This document shows positions 8,109 to 18,398 of a stretch of 57,045 nt of DNA, one piece after another. The notes beneath the pieces are model-generated. The model had not been told where the DNA came from, searched no databases, and was given only the letters and a program-made list of their open reading frames with translations. Source of the DNA: a virus (Duplodnaviria; Caudoviricetes); IMG/VR virus record IMGVR_UViG_3300020187_000040, positions 1 to 57,045 of that record, one strand, 5' to 3'. Numbering within the stretch: the stretch's first letter is position 1; every line of letters starts with the position of its first letter. The position numbers were made by a program, and so were the translations under genes.

Positions 8109-9683
8109 TTATAATATCAGATTAGCTCCACCGCCAAAATCGTTAGTCATAGAAAGTATAAACGGATCTATGTGCATACCATGTATTGCAGGGCCGTGAA
8201 TCATAGCTATAGCTATACCCTGTTTCCAGAATCCTTCAAAAGTTGACGGGCTTCCACCAAAATGAGCAATAAGGGTTGCGTTATATAAAGTCCTCCAAGC
8301 TGCCAACTGTCCATCTAGCCAGGTTAATGTTTGGGTACCATCATTATTAAAATCACCATTATTTATTTTTATAAATAACTGAGAATATATAGCCTTATAT
8401 CCGCTCCCTATGGCATTAATATCAGGCTCTGGTTCAGGCTCTGGTTCAGGCTCCGGTTCAGGCTCTGGTTCAGGCTCCGGTTCTGGTTCAGGCTCTGGTT
8501 CAGGCTCTGGATTTGCGGGCTCTATGTCAATTGAATCACAAAAATCTGTAGTATCATAGTCCCCCTCGTCAGCAGCAAATATTGATATAATTGTTTCCTG
8601 GCTACTATTTATAAATACGGTTTGGTTTCTTGCATCCAAACTACCCTCTACATTATAAAATAACCCAGTAAAATCATTTCCATCTATAGTTAAAGTTGTA
8701 TTTTTCGAGCTGTCATATTCTACTATCATAGAATAACCTTGATCATCATAAGTATATATAAATTCCTCGTCCGACAGGGATCCGTTTATTAATTCGTTTA
8801 CATTATTTTTGCCCTGTATCATCTTGCGCATACCCCCAAGAGCACCAGACATTCCAATATGCCCATATAATTCAGCAATATTCTTCCCCCCGTTAGTTAT
8901 CACGTCAGAGTATGACAATATAGAAACATCTAGTTTTTGCATAAACTCCAAATCATCACCCCATCCATCTGTATTAAATTGGGCTGGTGGAGTTTTATTT
9001 ATACAAACATCATTCTCAATGTCTGGGTTAAAGTCACTCAAGTCTGCTGGTATGAAATTATCCCGATTCTCCATCCACTCCCTATCTCCAGGATCTTCGC
9101 AAAGAAAGCTTCCTGTCAGTGTAAAGTATGCATCGCAGTCATTTTCATCAGTAGAGCAATTTGATATGGGAAACCCCGGATATATGCTTACTCTTGCCCC
9201 GAATACATCTACTGGTAATTCTTGATTGTGTACATCTTGAATTATTCCAGCATTCCCGCTCTCTAATTCTTTTATTAATGGATGAAAAAATGTTGGAATC
9301 TTAAAGGAATCGGTCGGATTTAGAGTGATCGGCAACTCTTCTGTATTATCTGCAGTATACATAGAGCCTTGATTCCTGTATTTAGGGTACTCAAACAAGG
9401 AAAACCTAACAGGATCACTATTAACAAAACCGGTTATCTCTATTGGAAGAGTGCATGTATTTGTAATCCTTACAAATCTGCCAGAATCCACTATTGTTCT
9501 TTTAAAATTACAATCAAATTTAGTTGTAGTGTCAGAGCAACTATTGTCTGTGTATATCTTTAATTCGCTCTCCGTAAAAACAAAGGCGTCGTCTTTTTCT
9601 CTTATTATTGGTCCGCATGCAGAAAAATTACTAGTACCTTCTTCGGACAGGCAAATTCCAGAATCTTGAGTTATAAATGCCAT
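8109..9683 (-). CDS. Tail-tip-associated protein with an Ig-like segment and a Glu-Pro linker
   Basis: The track ORF (to 9752) overlaps the upstream gene; ATG at 9683 (MAFITQDSG) lies directly after the upstream stop at 9685. VRITNTCTLPIEITG...LPITLNPTDSFKIPTFFHP is Ig-like. (EP)n precedes the C-terminal domain. Confidence 0.6.
   Translation of the reverse strand: MAFITQDSGICLSEEGTSNFSACGPIIREKDDAFVFTESELKIYTDNSCSDTTTKFDCNFKRTIVDSGRFVRITNTCTLPIEITGFVNSDPVRFSLFEYPKYRNQGSMYTADNTEELPITLNPTDSFKIPTFFHPLIKELESGNAGIIQDVHNQELPVDVFGARVSIYPGFPISNCSTDENDCDAYFTLTGSFLCEDPGDREWMENRDNFIPADLSDFNPDIENDVCINKTPPAQFNTDGWGDDLEFMQKLDVSILSYSDVITNGGKNIAELYGHIGMSGALGGMRKMIQGKNNVNELINGSLSDEEFIYTYDDQGYSMIVEYDSSKNTTLTIDGNDFTGLFYNVEGSLDARNQTVFINSSQETIISIFAADEGDYDTTDFCDSIDIEPANPEPEPEPEPEPEPEPEPEPEPEPEPEPEPDINAIGSGYKAIYSQLFIKINNGDFNNDGTQTLTWLDGQLAAWRTLYNATLIAHFGGSPSTFEGFWKQGIAIAMIHGPAIHGMHIDPFILSMTNDFGGGANLIL
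8424..8510. repeat. 6-bp coding repeat encoding P(EP)14
   Basis: aggctc/tggttc units in frame in 8109..9683. Confidence 0.95.
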
Positions 9684-9684
9684 A

Positions 9685-12600
9685 TTAATTACTAGCGCTT
9701 CGAGATTGAAACCTCTTGGGCCCCCTCTGTGTATAGCTTCCCGATCTATCATCTATGGGTATTTTTGTAAGCTTGAATGAATACCCACCCGCATTTTCTC
9801 TACCGTCTCGCCCATTCGCGTAAGCACCGCCATAATATTGCCACGCATACAAAGAGCCGGTGCTTATTGCATCACTATAACAGTTACTATTCCCTAGGCC
9901 ATAAACCGGTATACTTTTAATATTCGCCATCGCATCCCATATGGGGCAATCCATTTCGCCATATAGTTGTTTTATGCTACTAGGCACAGCGCCAGGGCTC
10001 GGAGAGAGATTGGCCCTAGGATTATAAAATATAAAGGGACCCTTAATTCCAGAAAACTGATTGACGCATCCATAGTTTGTGTGATTATAAACATCAACCC
10101 GCCATCCGGGAGGAACAATCATTGTGCCAAAATCAACTCCGGACCCGACTCTATGAACCAACCCAAAACCTCCAAGTCCATCCATAAACGATGTAACTGA
10201 AGGTATTCCTATGGTATTGTTTCCTAATTTTTGAGAATATGGAGATGGCACTTCATGGACATCATCATCTTTTAAAATTACATAAGAAGACTTCACGGAT
10301 ACATTTCCGTAACCTGGATATTTATAATTAATTCCGGGCGGGTGAGCTGATTGATCGCCGCGCGCATCATCTATCCCAAACGGTATTCCAGCCCCAAACG
10401 TCCCCCTGCTATCAGGTATTTGCTCTAAGCTGCACCCAGAGCCATCAGGGCCTCCTACCCAGTTTTTTCCCTGAGGAAAGCTTCCGCTACTCCAGCCTAC
10501 CGTGAATACTTGAACCGCATGAATCCTTCCGTCTTCATCAATTGGTAAATATTCACTAATTCCATCGCAGTATAACTTAGGCGGCTCCGGCTCAAGCTCT
10601 ACAGGCTCCGGCTCGGTTACATCATCTAATTTTATAGGGAATTGTATTTCGCCATAACAATCAGATTTCTTTATACTTCCATCGTCTGTGTTAAATACTA
10701 ATTGTATTTTTTCATTTATGTTGGCTAACCTGTTTACTCTTATCCCAAAAAATAAATCTAAGGACTGCCCCGTTTTCAATTTAGGCAGGTGCGAATAGTC
10801 TCCTTGAAAGTTATTTTCTTCGGTTACATTCCCTATGTTATAATCAACTACCTGAAGATCTGTGCTGCCAGTAAATACCCTAACTGGCATTCCCTTTGAT
10901 GCCACACCTACATTATTTACCCCGCTAGATGGTTTATTTTTCCAGCCTCCGTCAATTAAAACCAATCCGCAGTCTCTATATATTTCATATTTTGTATTAA
11001 ATGATTTCCACAGAATATTAGAATCTGCTGTTGTTTCATCTGTTAATGCTCTTTTATTATTCGGGTCTCCATAATATTGGCCCCCATTTCCATTCGATGA
11101 GTTACCCTCTATTTCTTCGGAATTTAAATATTCTAATTTCTGAAAGCTCCCACTTTTCGGTATTCCACCCTTTAGTCTTTCGGTCGTCCATTTCAGTGGT
11201 TCAGCTTCTGACTCAATATTAATTAATGTATTTTTTATTTCAACATCTCTTGGCCCACAATTATGCACAGTAACTGAGAAATAATTTTCATAACCCGACC
11301 CTTCACTAATTACCTCTACAGCTTTTATTAAATTTAACAGCCTCTTTAATTCACCTCCCTGGTTACCCGCACTGCTTATTTCAAAATAAAACTCCTTACC
11401 CTTGGTTTCCTCCTCGTAATCGTAAACATATTGCGGTAATTTGTTTGACATTTTTCCTGGGACACCTATTCCGACTGACATAAAAATAGTATTCAACCTT
11501 TCTTCATACCAATCTGGATTATCTACTCCATTGTCTGGGTTATGGTATAAAGATTTTCCTTCGTCGGATTCCGTCCATTTAAATTCATCCAAGAATCCCT
11601 TGATAGTCCCACCGTATCGGCTAATGTGTCCATATTTATCTAGCACCTCATCTCTTGGTCTACGCTTAGCTAGTTCTCTATCGGCCCTCATCGCTCTGCA
11701 CATCTCTAGTGCCTTGGGACTCCAAGTGTGAGGTATTTTCCCTGAAGTATCATTATCAAAACTTGCATCACCAGCTATGACTCCATCGCTCAGCATAATC
11801 ATTATTCTGTCGGTCACATACTCGGCCCTTGGGCTATTATACATTTGAGCTAACCCCTTAGCTATGTATTTCGCAAAATACTCGCCTTCATAAAACTGTC
11901 CGAAAGATATGGGTATGTTGCCTGCTTTTTTATACGCATTAACTTTATCAAAACCATCCTTGCTTGATGAATCTATAATAGTTCTGTTTTTGGGTCCAAC
12001 ACCCATTACCATTAACCCTATATTCACTCGCTGTTTATCTATCTTTATTTTAAATCTTTCAAAATTATCAACATTAAAACCTTTTGATTTTAAATCTTTA
12101 TTGATATCGTCTACTGCTGCATCAATCAATGAGTTTCCATCTTCATTAACAGCCCATGGCGGCAAATTATCATCTCCACTTATATCTGTAAACTTGATAC
12201 TTGGGGCATTTATTTGACCTCCGTAACTATTTGTACCCGGCATTACATAATCATCATGAGCAACAATCATTTTTCGTATTGCATCTATTGACGCATTAAA
12301 TTTTGATATATTAAAGTTTCCAGAAGGCCCAGACCCACTAATGTTGTAGTAGGTCATGCTGCCCGTAGTATCAACTATAAATATAATATCAACAGCTTTT
12401 CTTTTAAGCTGTACCCCAACTTCTCCCCCTTGTAATCTCTTAAATCCGCCACAGGTTGCAGTCTGCAAGACAGAAGAAAATGTACATAATTGATGGGGGG
12501 TAATTGGGTCTTCTAAATATGCCGAATAGCATGGGCGGCTCTCATTTTGCCCGATACCAAATACTGAAAATAAATCTTCTTCTTTGGATGTTGCAGACTC

Positions 12601-15273
12601 TATGAAGGTGGCAGTTATTTTGTGGTTATTCTTATAAGATACCTCATGGTCCCAACTAGGACAAAAGAATATTGACATTCTTGGTTTCGATAATGTGGTT
12701 TCATGAGATTCGTCGGTTAGATAGGGCCTAGGCATAGAAAACCTAAACTTCTTGCAACCTAAATGACTCTCTAAAAATTGCAATATTTCTAACGCCTCTT
12801 CATCATCTCTTTGATCGAATACAACAGTAAACTTTGATAAATTTTGATTGATTTGTTTTTTATATTTTTTGTTATAGTATTTTACAAAACTAGACTGAAC
12901 AGTATCAGGGGAATTATTGAGTTCAAATGATAAGCTTGGCTTTTGCTCAAACGATCTAACCTCTAACCATGGAAACTTTGGTATCCTGTCTGGATTTTCC
13001 AAGTATATACTGTGCCTGCCTCTTACCGCTGGAACTAGTATATAAAAATCATCTGTAGCATTTAAAGTAAAATCAGAAAGCGGAGTAACAATAATTTCCT
13101 TAGAATCTTTTGTGATCTCGGAGTCAATCTGAATCTTTCGATAATTTTTTAACATTACCACTCTTTTCTTGGGCACTCCAGTAACAGGGTCAAGAGTTTC
13201 TGGCGGTATAATATCTAACCCAGGAGGAAACAAAACCTTGCTAGTCAAGCAATCTTCTGGGCACCTCTCTAGGTGTTTAATATTAATTGTTTGCGGAGAT
13301 GCATCAGAGCCTGATTCTAATATCGGACCGAATATATAATTTCTGTCATCTATTTTATGAACTATTTTAGTTAACCCAACAGAAAAGATTGAGTCTTCTT
13401 CTGGGATTTCTATATAAACACAGTCCCCTAACTCAATAGATTGATCTTGATTAAAAATTATCTGCGCCTCTGTATCCGAGACTTTAATTATATCTGAAGC
13501 CCCATCTAGTGTCTCTGTTGGGTCTTCTTCATCTCCAGACTCCAGTGAGAATGTATTTAACTTTAATTGCTCTCCTTTTGTAAATTTTGTTTCTGCATCA
13601 ATAAATACAGGTACCAGCACATCAAGTCTGTAATTGTAACCAGCATGACTATCAACACTCTTTAAACTACTTTCAGTATTACATACAAACTTAGCACTAA
13701 CAACATTATTGTTTCTATATAAAATTGAGTGTGAAAAATCAGTACAAGTAAAATGTAAATCTTTTCTATATGGGTGGGTATAAACAAACCTAAAAGAAGA
13801 TACATCTCCAGACAATAATCGGTCTCCCCTGTAATCTATTCCAAATATAGACTCGTAAGCAAAATGCTTTTCCTGCAAGAAGTGCATGATCGCCTTAGCC
13901 TCTTTATCTGTTCTATTGTTGAAACTTACATCTATTTCTAGGGGCAAAGAATTTATAGCTAAATTATTTACATAATCAGAACCTTCTCCAAGATCAAGAT
14001 TTTCATTGGTTGCTACAAAATTACTTTTCGATCCATAAGAGGGCCTCCATTCAAAGTCTTGAGTCCAGTATCCAGTATCGTGCCACAGCTCCGACCCAGG
14101 ATGGTTCTGTATTGATGAATCATGATCTTGGGCGCAATAAAAAAACGGGCTTGTACTTGTCGCGCTAATTCTATCAAACTCAAATCCGCCAGATTTTAAT
14201 CCATATATAAATACGAACACTTGGCCGAGCCTCGCACCTTCAGGTATATCCTTTGATCTAATGTCTAAATATGCAGTATAATATTCATCGTGGCTTAATT
14301 CGGCCTGGGCTAAAAGCCTATAAGTATTCCTTCTGTCACTAGGATTTAATTTATTAAAATTTTCATCATAAAACTGTATCGCCACCCCAACACCTATAGA
14401 GTTTATTGGGTCGACAGCGCCATTAGTTTCTGTTAAAAATGTTTTATAATTATCTATTAATTCAGAATCTTTTGTGGCTTTTTTTATCATCGCCTTGGTT
14501 GAGTAGTCCCACCTTGGATTAACTGGGAAGTAGCCCCCGTAAGACAGCTCTCTTTCCTCTGATTCAGTATCTATAGACATATCGGGTACAGTACCCCCTT
14601 TTGCTGAAATAGAAGTGATTATTCCTCGACCAAAAACATCATCATCTTCTGAGTAAACAACAAGCCTTGTCGACGTTATTGTTTGGCCTGAGCTAATTTG
14701 TGTTATCCTAGCCCTTATATCGTCATAAGGTTGATCAAATTGAGTTGACACATATGGATTAAAAGGCTGACTCGCCTTAACCCCAAGTCTTTGCGGGTCA
14801 GGATAAAACCCTCCGTCTGGCTCAAAATATTGATGTGTTAAATCTGTCCCAGTATATGACAACAATTGATTAGATGCATCTACTAATACCTCTCCATCAG
14901 AATTAATATATTCCAATAATAAATTATTATAATTACTTGAATTGATTTCTTGTTTTAGCCATTCATATTCATTATCTATTTCTAATATTGATGTATATTT
15001 AGATGATTCCGTACTATGATAGAAGAGCATGTAGTCTTCTGGATTGCTAGTCTTCTGAGATAGATTTGTATACTTTAATTCGTTTGGTTGCCATGCCCCC
15101 CAGCCTTCTCCTGGCGCTTCATTCATTACGGATTTCCATGTACTACCATCGGTTTTTATTGGGTCTTGAGGCGGTACATAAAAGTCATCTATATTAGTCA
15201 AGTTGTCTATTTTGACGATATCATTTTTTGAGTAACTAACCCCACGCTTCCAGCTTTGTGCAGAAATATCCAT
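9685..15273 (-). CDS. Large distal-tail/minor tail protein: two lambda gpM-like domains, vWA domain and inserted domains
   Basis: 1862 aa, downstream of the TMP. FEWRPSY...FNNRTDKEAKAIMHFLQEK and FEQKPS...FDQRDDEEALEILQFLESHLGCKKFRF...FFCPSW resemble gpM-type minor tail domains. vWA MIDAS DIIFIVDTTGSM and IMIMLSDG. Confidence 0.7.
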   Translation of the reverse strand: MDISAQSWKRGVSYSKNDIVKIDNLTNIDDFYVPPQDPIKTDGSTWKSVMNEAPGEGWGAWQPNELKYTNLSQKTSNPEDYMLFYHSTESSKYTSILEIDNEYEWLKQEINSSNYNNLLLEYINSDGEVLVDASNQLLSYTGTDLTHQYFEPDGGFYPDPQRLGVKASQPFNPYVSTQFDQPYDDIRARITQISSGQTITSTRLVVYSEDDDVFGRGIITSISAKGGTVPDMSIDTESEERELSYGGYFPVNPRWDYSTKAMIKKATKDSELIDNYKTFLTETNGAVDPINSIGVGVAIQFYDENFNKLNPSDRRNTYRLLAQAELSHDEYYTAYLDIRSKDIPEGARLGQVFVFIYGLKSGGFEFDRISATSTSPFFYCAQDHDSSIQNHPGSELWHDTGYWTQDFEWRPSYGSKSNFVATNENLDLGEGSDYVNNLAINSLPLEIDVSFNNRTDKEAKAIMHFLQEKHFAYESIFGIDYRGDRLLSGDVSSFRFVYTHPYRKDLHFTCTDFSHSILYRNNNVVSAKFVCNTESSLKSVDSHAGYNYRLDVLVPVFIDAETKFTKGEQLKLNTFSLESGDEEDPTETLDGASDIIKVSDTEAQIIFNQDQSIELGDCVYIEIPEEDSIFSVGLTKIVHKIDDRNYIFGPILESGSDASPQTINIKHLERCPEDCLTSKVLFPPGLDIIPPETLDPVTGVPKKRVVMLKNYRKIQIDSEITKDSKEIIVTPLSDFTLNATDDFYILVPAVRGRHSIYLENPDRIPKFPWLEVRSFEQKPSLSFELNNSPDTVQSSFVKYYNKKYKKQINQNLSKFTVVFDQRDDEEALEILQFLESHLGCKKFRFSMPRPYLTDESHETTLSKPRMSIFFCPSWDHEVSYKNNHKITATFIESATSKEEDLFSVFGIGQNESRPCYSAYLEDPITPHQLCTFSSVLQTATCGGFKRLQGGEVGVQLKRKAVDIIFIVDTTGSMTYYNISGSGPSGNFNISKFNASIDAIRKMIVAHDDYVMPGTNSYGGQINAPSIKFTDISGDDNLPPWAVNEDGNSLIDAAVDDINKDLKSKGFNVDNFERFKIKIDKQRVNIGLMVMGVGPKNRTIIDSSSKDGFDKVNAYKKAGNIPISFGQFYEGEYFAKYIAKGLAQMYNSPRAEYVTDRIMIMLSDGVIAGDASFDNDTSGKIPHTWSPKALEMCRAMRADRELAKRRPRDEVLDKYGHISRYGGTIKGFLDEFKWTESDEGKSLYHNPDNGVDNPDWYEERLNTIFMSVGIGVPGKMSNKLPQYVYDYEEETKGKEFYFEISSAGNQGGELKRLLNLIKAVEVISEGSGYENYFSVTVHNCGPRDVEIKNTLINIESEAEPLKWTTERLKGGIPKSGSFQKLEYLNSEEIEGNSSNGNGGQYYGDPNNKRALTDETTADSNILWKSFNTKYEIYRDCGLVLIDGGWKNKPSSGVNNVGVASKGMPVRVFTGSTDLQVVDYNIGNVTEENNFQGDYSHLPKLKTGQSLDLFFGIRVNRLANINEKIQLVFNTDDGSIKKSDCYGEIQFPIKLDDVTEPEPVELEPEPPKLYCDGISEYLPIDEDGRIHAVQVFTVGWSSGSFPQGKNWVGGPDGSGCSLEQIPDSRGTFGAGIPFGIDDARGDQSAHPPGINYKYPGYGNVSVKSSYVILKDDDVHEVPSPYSQKLGNNTIGIPSVTSFMDGLGGFGLVHRVGSGVDFGTMIVPPGWRVDVYNHTNYGCVNQFSGIKGPFIFYNPRANLSPSPGAVPSSIKQLYGEMDCPIWDAMANIKSIPVYGLGNSNCYSDAISTGSLYAWQYYGGAYANGRDGRENAGGYSFKLTKIPIDDRSGSYTQRGPKRFQSRSASN

Positions 15274-16473
15274 TTATCTATAAGATTGTCTCACCGTGGC
15301 TCTTCCTCGAAGGAATCCTCCCTCTGAAACAGATAGTGCATCTTCATCTTTTACACCGTACTGCTCTAATTCTGCCGGAACGACATCTGGTAGTACTAGG
15401 TTTCCTGCTAATTTAAATTCATTTAGCTTACCATAATTATTGTCTGTAAATTCTTCCTCAAAGCCAATATCTGAAAGTAGAATAGTAATGTCAGCTCGCT
15501 GACCAGTAATTTTGAGAAATGGGTCCAATTTTTCTCCCTCTATGGATATCGTTATGTCTATTTCGTTTTTAGTCACACGGGTTGGTAGCTCTCCGTCATC
15601 ATCCATGAACCCGCTAATGGGTACATTGAGTTCTGGGTATCTATTTGCGCTAATATTATAACTGAAACTCAAGGGGTATTCGATGCCAATACCGTTGGCG
15701 CCATAAACTTTTGTATTCATGGCATGGGGTACGGTATACTGCCTTTTTCTCACACAGGGCATATCTTCTAATACATATTCAGACCACCCTTCATTATACT
15801 CCATTTTACCATAAACGTCTAAATCAATATTAGCTTCAATTACATTAAATGGTTCAGCATTAAATGATAGTTCTTTTAAGTATGCATGATTGAATTTATA
15901 ATCTCCTATTGACCCAGTTATTCTTTTCTCGTTTATCTGTGGATATATGTTTGGGTCTGCGAGGCCTGTTAGATCAGCAAAAGAATGAAGGTTACCGGTG
16001 TTCATGTAATAACTAATACTCAACCTACCTCTAATCTCTCCGTTGGCTGAATAATTCCTAATTATATCGACTTCTCCATACGGAACATCCCTATGCAAAT
16101 CAAGTATCGTATCTCCTGTGGACTTAACATTGATATGATAATCTCCCGGGTAAAGATCCTTGGATAAGTATAGCGACTGGCCTCCTGGATAAGATATTTT
16201 CTGCCCGCTTTTTATAATCTCTATTGATTCAGGCACCTTTATGCCCGGGCCAGAAGTTGGGCCTAATAAAAACTCAGCCTCCTCTTCTCCCTGAAATGTG
16301 ACATCTTGATTTTGAAGGGCAAAGGATATATTGTAATCCTCTAGAAATTTCTTTGCTTCCAACGGTTGGTTTGCTGATATCGAAGCATCTGTAGCTAGCA
16401 CCATAATAGGCTCTTGGCCTTCTTCGGCCAATAACACGGGTACATCTTCATATCTGTAAAAAGGTTTTCCCAT
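15274..16473 (-). CDS. Tail-tip/tube-initiator-like protein (tail-tube-fold paralogue)
   Basis: Likely start 16473 (MGKPFYRYED), just after the upstream stop at 16476. Beta-rich AYLKELSFNAEPFNVIEANIDLDVYG and LSFSYNISANR motifs echo the tube proteins. Confidence 0.55.
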   Translation of the reverse strand: MGKPFYRYEDVPVLLAEEGQEPIMVLATDASISANQPLEAKKFLEDYNISFALQNQDVTFQGEEEAEFLLGPTSGPGIKVPESIEIIKSGQKISYPGGQSLYLSKDLYPGDYHINVKSTGDTILDLHRDVPYGEVDIIRNYSANGEIRGRLSISYYMNTGNLHSFADLTGLADPNIYPQINEKRITGSIGDYKFNHAYLKELSFNAEPFNVIEANIDLDVYGKMEYNEGWSEYVLEDMPCVRKRQYTVPHAMNTKVYGANGIGIEYPLSFSYNISANRYPELNVPISGFMDDDGELPTRVTKNEIDITISIEGEKLDPFLKITGQRADITILLSDIGFEEEFTDNNYGKLNEFKLAGNLVLPDVVPAELEQYGVKDEDALSVSEGGFLRGRATVRQSYR

Positions 16474-16475
16474 GA

Positions 16476-18398
16476 TTATACTACTGGACGTTTTTCTTTG
16501 TAGGTGTGATCTTCTGGCAATAAATCTACAAAACCCCACTTGTGAGCTAAATACCCTTGAGTTCTGAATATTTCACTATCAGGAATAAAGCCACGAATAA
16601 CCACATTCTCCGCTATGAATCCATTGATAGTAGCTTCCATTTCATTCATAACTGAACCAATGGAAAAAGCTTCTACTTGATTGAGTCCTAAAGAACCTTC
16701 AATCATTACAGATCTTCCATTTATATCTAAATATGAATTATCTCCATCAATTAAAACTGTTATTATAAATTCTTCTACTCTAATAGTGTCTGGGCTAGAC
16801 GAAGCACTCTGATAGCTTTCTTTTATTCCTCCGTCAACAATATCATCTCCTTTGCTTTTTATTGACCCAGTTTCTTCTAGTATTCCATCCGGCCTTCTGG
16901 TTTGAGTCGATACTTTTATATTGTTTGTATCTAATCTCTCTATCAGAAGCCTATCAAATTCTTGCTGGAAATCAACACCCAGTGTATCCACCAACACAGC
17001 CCGCTTATCCATATCCTTAAACTGACCAGCTATAAAGACATAATAAGGTTCTCCCCTGTTTATATTAATATCTGTAGTAGTTAAAATACTTTTACCATAA
17101 AAATTAATAGCAGGTTTTTTATTAAATATATATTGAGTGAACCTTGGATCAAAACCCCCGCTTGAAGATTCTAATACGGCATCATTGGGACCCTTGCTCC
17201 TCCATCCCTTTACAGCATACCCATCTAGATTTAGATAGTTTTTATCTAAAGCATCATTCCATAAGGTTGGTCTCAAAAACGAAGGGCTCCACATTGCTTC
17301 GGTAAAATTGCTATTTGTAAAATCTTTAGAGTGAGGTAGTTTTCCCCTTTTATTATAATAAGATTTATACTGAAGATTTACAGTCAATCTTCCATCTACA
17401 GAAGATGAAACAGATTCTCCAATAAGCCTAGCTTGCTCTATAGTATAATATTGAATTGGATCCCCAAAGCAGTCATTAATCTTTATAGCAATATCTTCTA
17501 CAGTGGGTGTGAACATATACTTTCTAAGGCTTTGATATTTGTATTCATCTACTTCAAGGGTAAACGAAGTGTCTGTAATGATTGGCCAATTAACATCGAC
17601 CTGAGCAGCATATGCTGACCCAACAACATATATTGGCTCTATGCCTACATTAATTGAATGGTTAAATGCCACAACTCTATCTGTCTCTGAGCCTGCACAT
17701 TTTATGCTTATCGACCCTTGGTCGGGAACTCTTATTTCTGGGAAAGGATTGTCGCCCTTAGCATTATACTCTGGTTTGTTATAATATGAATCTTCCAGTA
17801 TATAAGCAAATCCATTTTCATCGAGTACGGAAAATTGATCGTTTTCTTTGTCAACGAAATTCGGGGAACCACCTATGTCCCCAAACACCCTTATACTTGT
17901 CGATGTTGACGGAACCTGGCCTATTGCACATGACACCGTATGGCTAGTAATGTAACCACTATGGAACCCAAAATACTCATGGCCATGGTGCAAGCTTCCA
18001 GTAAAGGGAGTGTCGCCCAAAAATTGTATAAAAAAATCTTCACTTACTAGTGTTGAATTTATTGAGAAATTGCCTTCTAGTGGGGCATTTAATACCGCCA
18101 TTGATTTGGGATTAGGACACCTCCTAGGTTTGTCTTCAGGGCAACTAAGAACATCTTCTTGCAATAAATCAAAAAAACCATGCTCTTGAATCACGAAGCC
18201 GTAGCAACTATCTTCTGGTTTATTTTCAATTTCTATTTTAGGTTCTGGTGGATAATAATCTTCTCCAACTAACCCCCAGCCTAATACATTAATTGGCTTT
18301 TCTTGTATAGAGTATGAGCCCTCAACACTCTGGATGCCAGACATTTGAGTTCCATTAATAAAAAATTTCTGCTCGTGAGCTAAGAATGCTTGCTTCAT
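16476..18398 (-). CDS. Tail-tube-fold tail-tip protein fused to a C-terminal LamG/ConA-like domain
   Basis: 640 aa, overlaps the TMP stop. GIQSVEGSYSIQEKPINVLG and GYITSHTVSCAIGQVPSTS match tube motifs. WSPSFL..TLWNDA...GYLAHKW...LPEDHTYK. Confidence 0.6.
   Translation of the reverse strand: MKQAFLAHEQKFFINGTQMSGIQSVEGSYSIQEKPINVLGWGLVGEDYYPPEPKIEIENKPEDSCYGFVIQEHGFFDLLQEDVLSCPEDKPRRCPNPKSMAVLNAPLEGNFSINSTLVSEDFFIQFLGDTPFTGSLHHGHEYFGFHSGYITSHTVSCAIGQVPSTSTSIRVFGDIGGSPNFVDKENDQFSVLDENGFAYILEDSYYNKPEYNAKGDNPFPEIRVPDQGSISIKCAGSETDRVVAFNHSINVGIEPIYVVGSAYAAQVDVNWPIITDTSFTLEVDEYKYQSLRKYMFTPTVEDIAIKINDCFGDPIQYYTIEQARLIGESVSSSVDGRLTVNLQYKSYYNKRGKLPHSKDFTNSNFTEAMWSPSFLRPTLWNDALDKNYLNLDGYAVKGWRSKGPNDAVLESSSGGFDPRFTQYIFNKKPAINFYGKSILTTTDININRGEPYYVFIAGQFKDMDKRAVLVDTLGVDFQQEFDRLLIERLDTNNIKVSTQTRRPDGILEETGSIKSKGDDIVDGGIKESYQSASSSPDTIRVEEFIITVLIDGDNSYLDINGRSVMIEGSLGLNQVEAFSIGSVMNEMEATINGFIAENVVIRGFIPDSEIFRTQGYLAHKWGFVDLLPEDHTYKEKRPVV

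Noticed and set aside
9684-9752. Track start extensions (9752, 16539, 48272, 51905, 56695)
   Set aside because: They overlap upstream genes, terminators or promoters. Downstream ATGs at 9683, 16473, 48236, 51872 and 56716 fit better.
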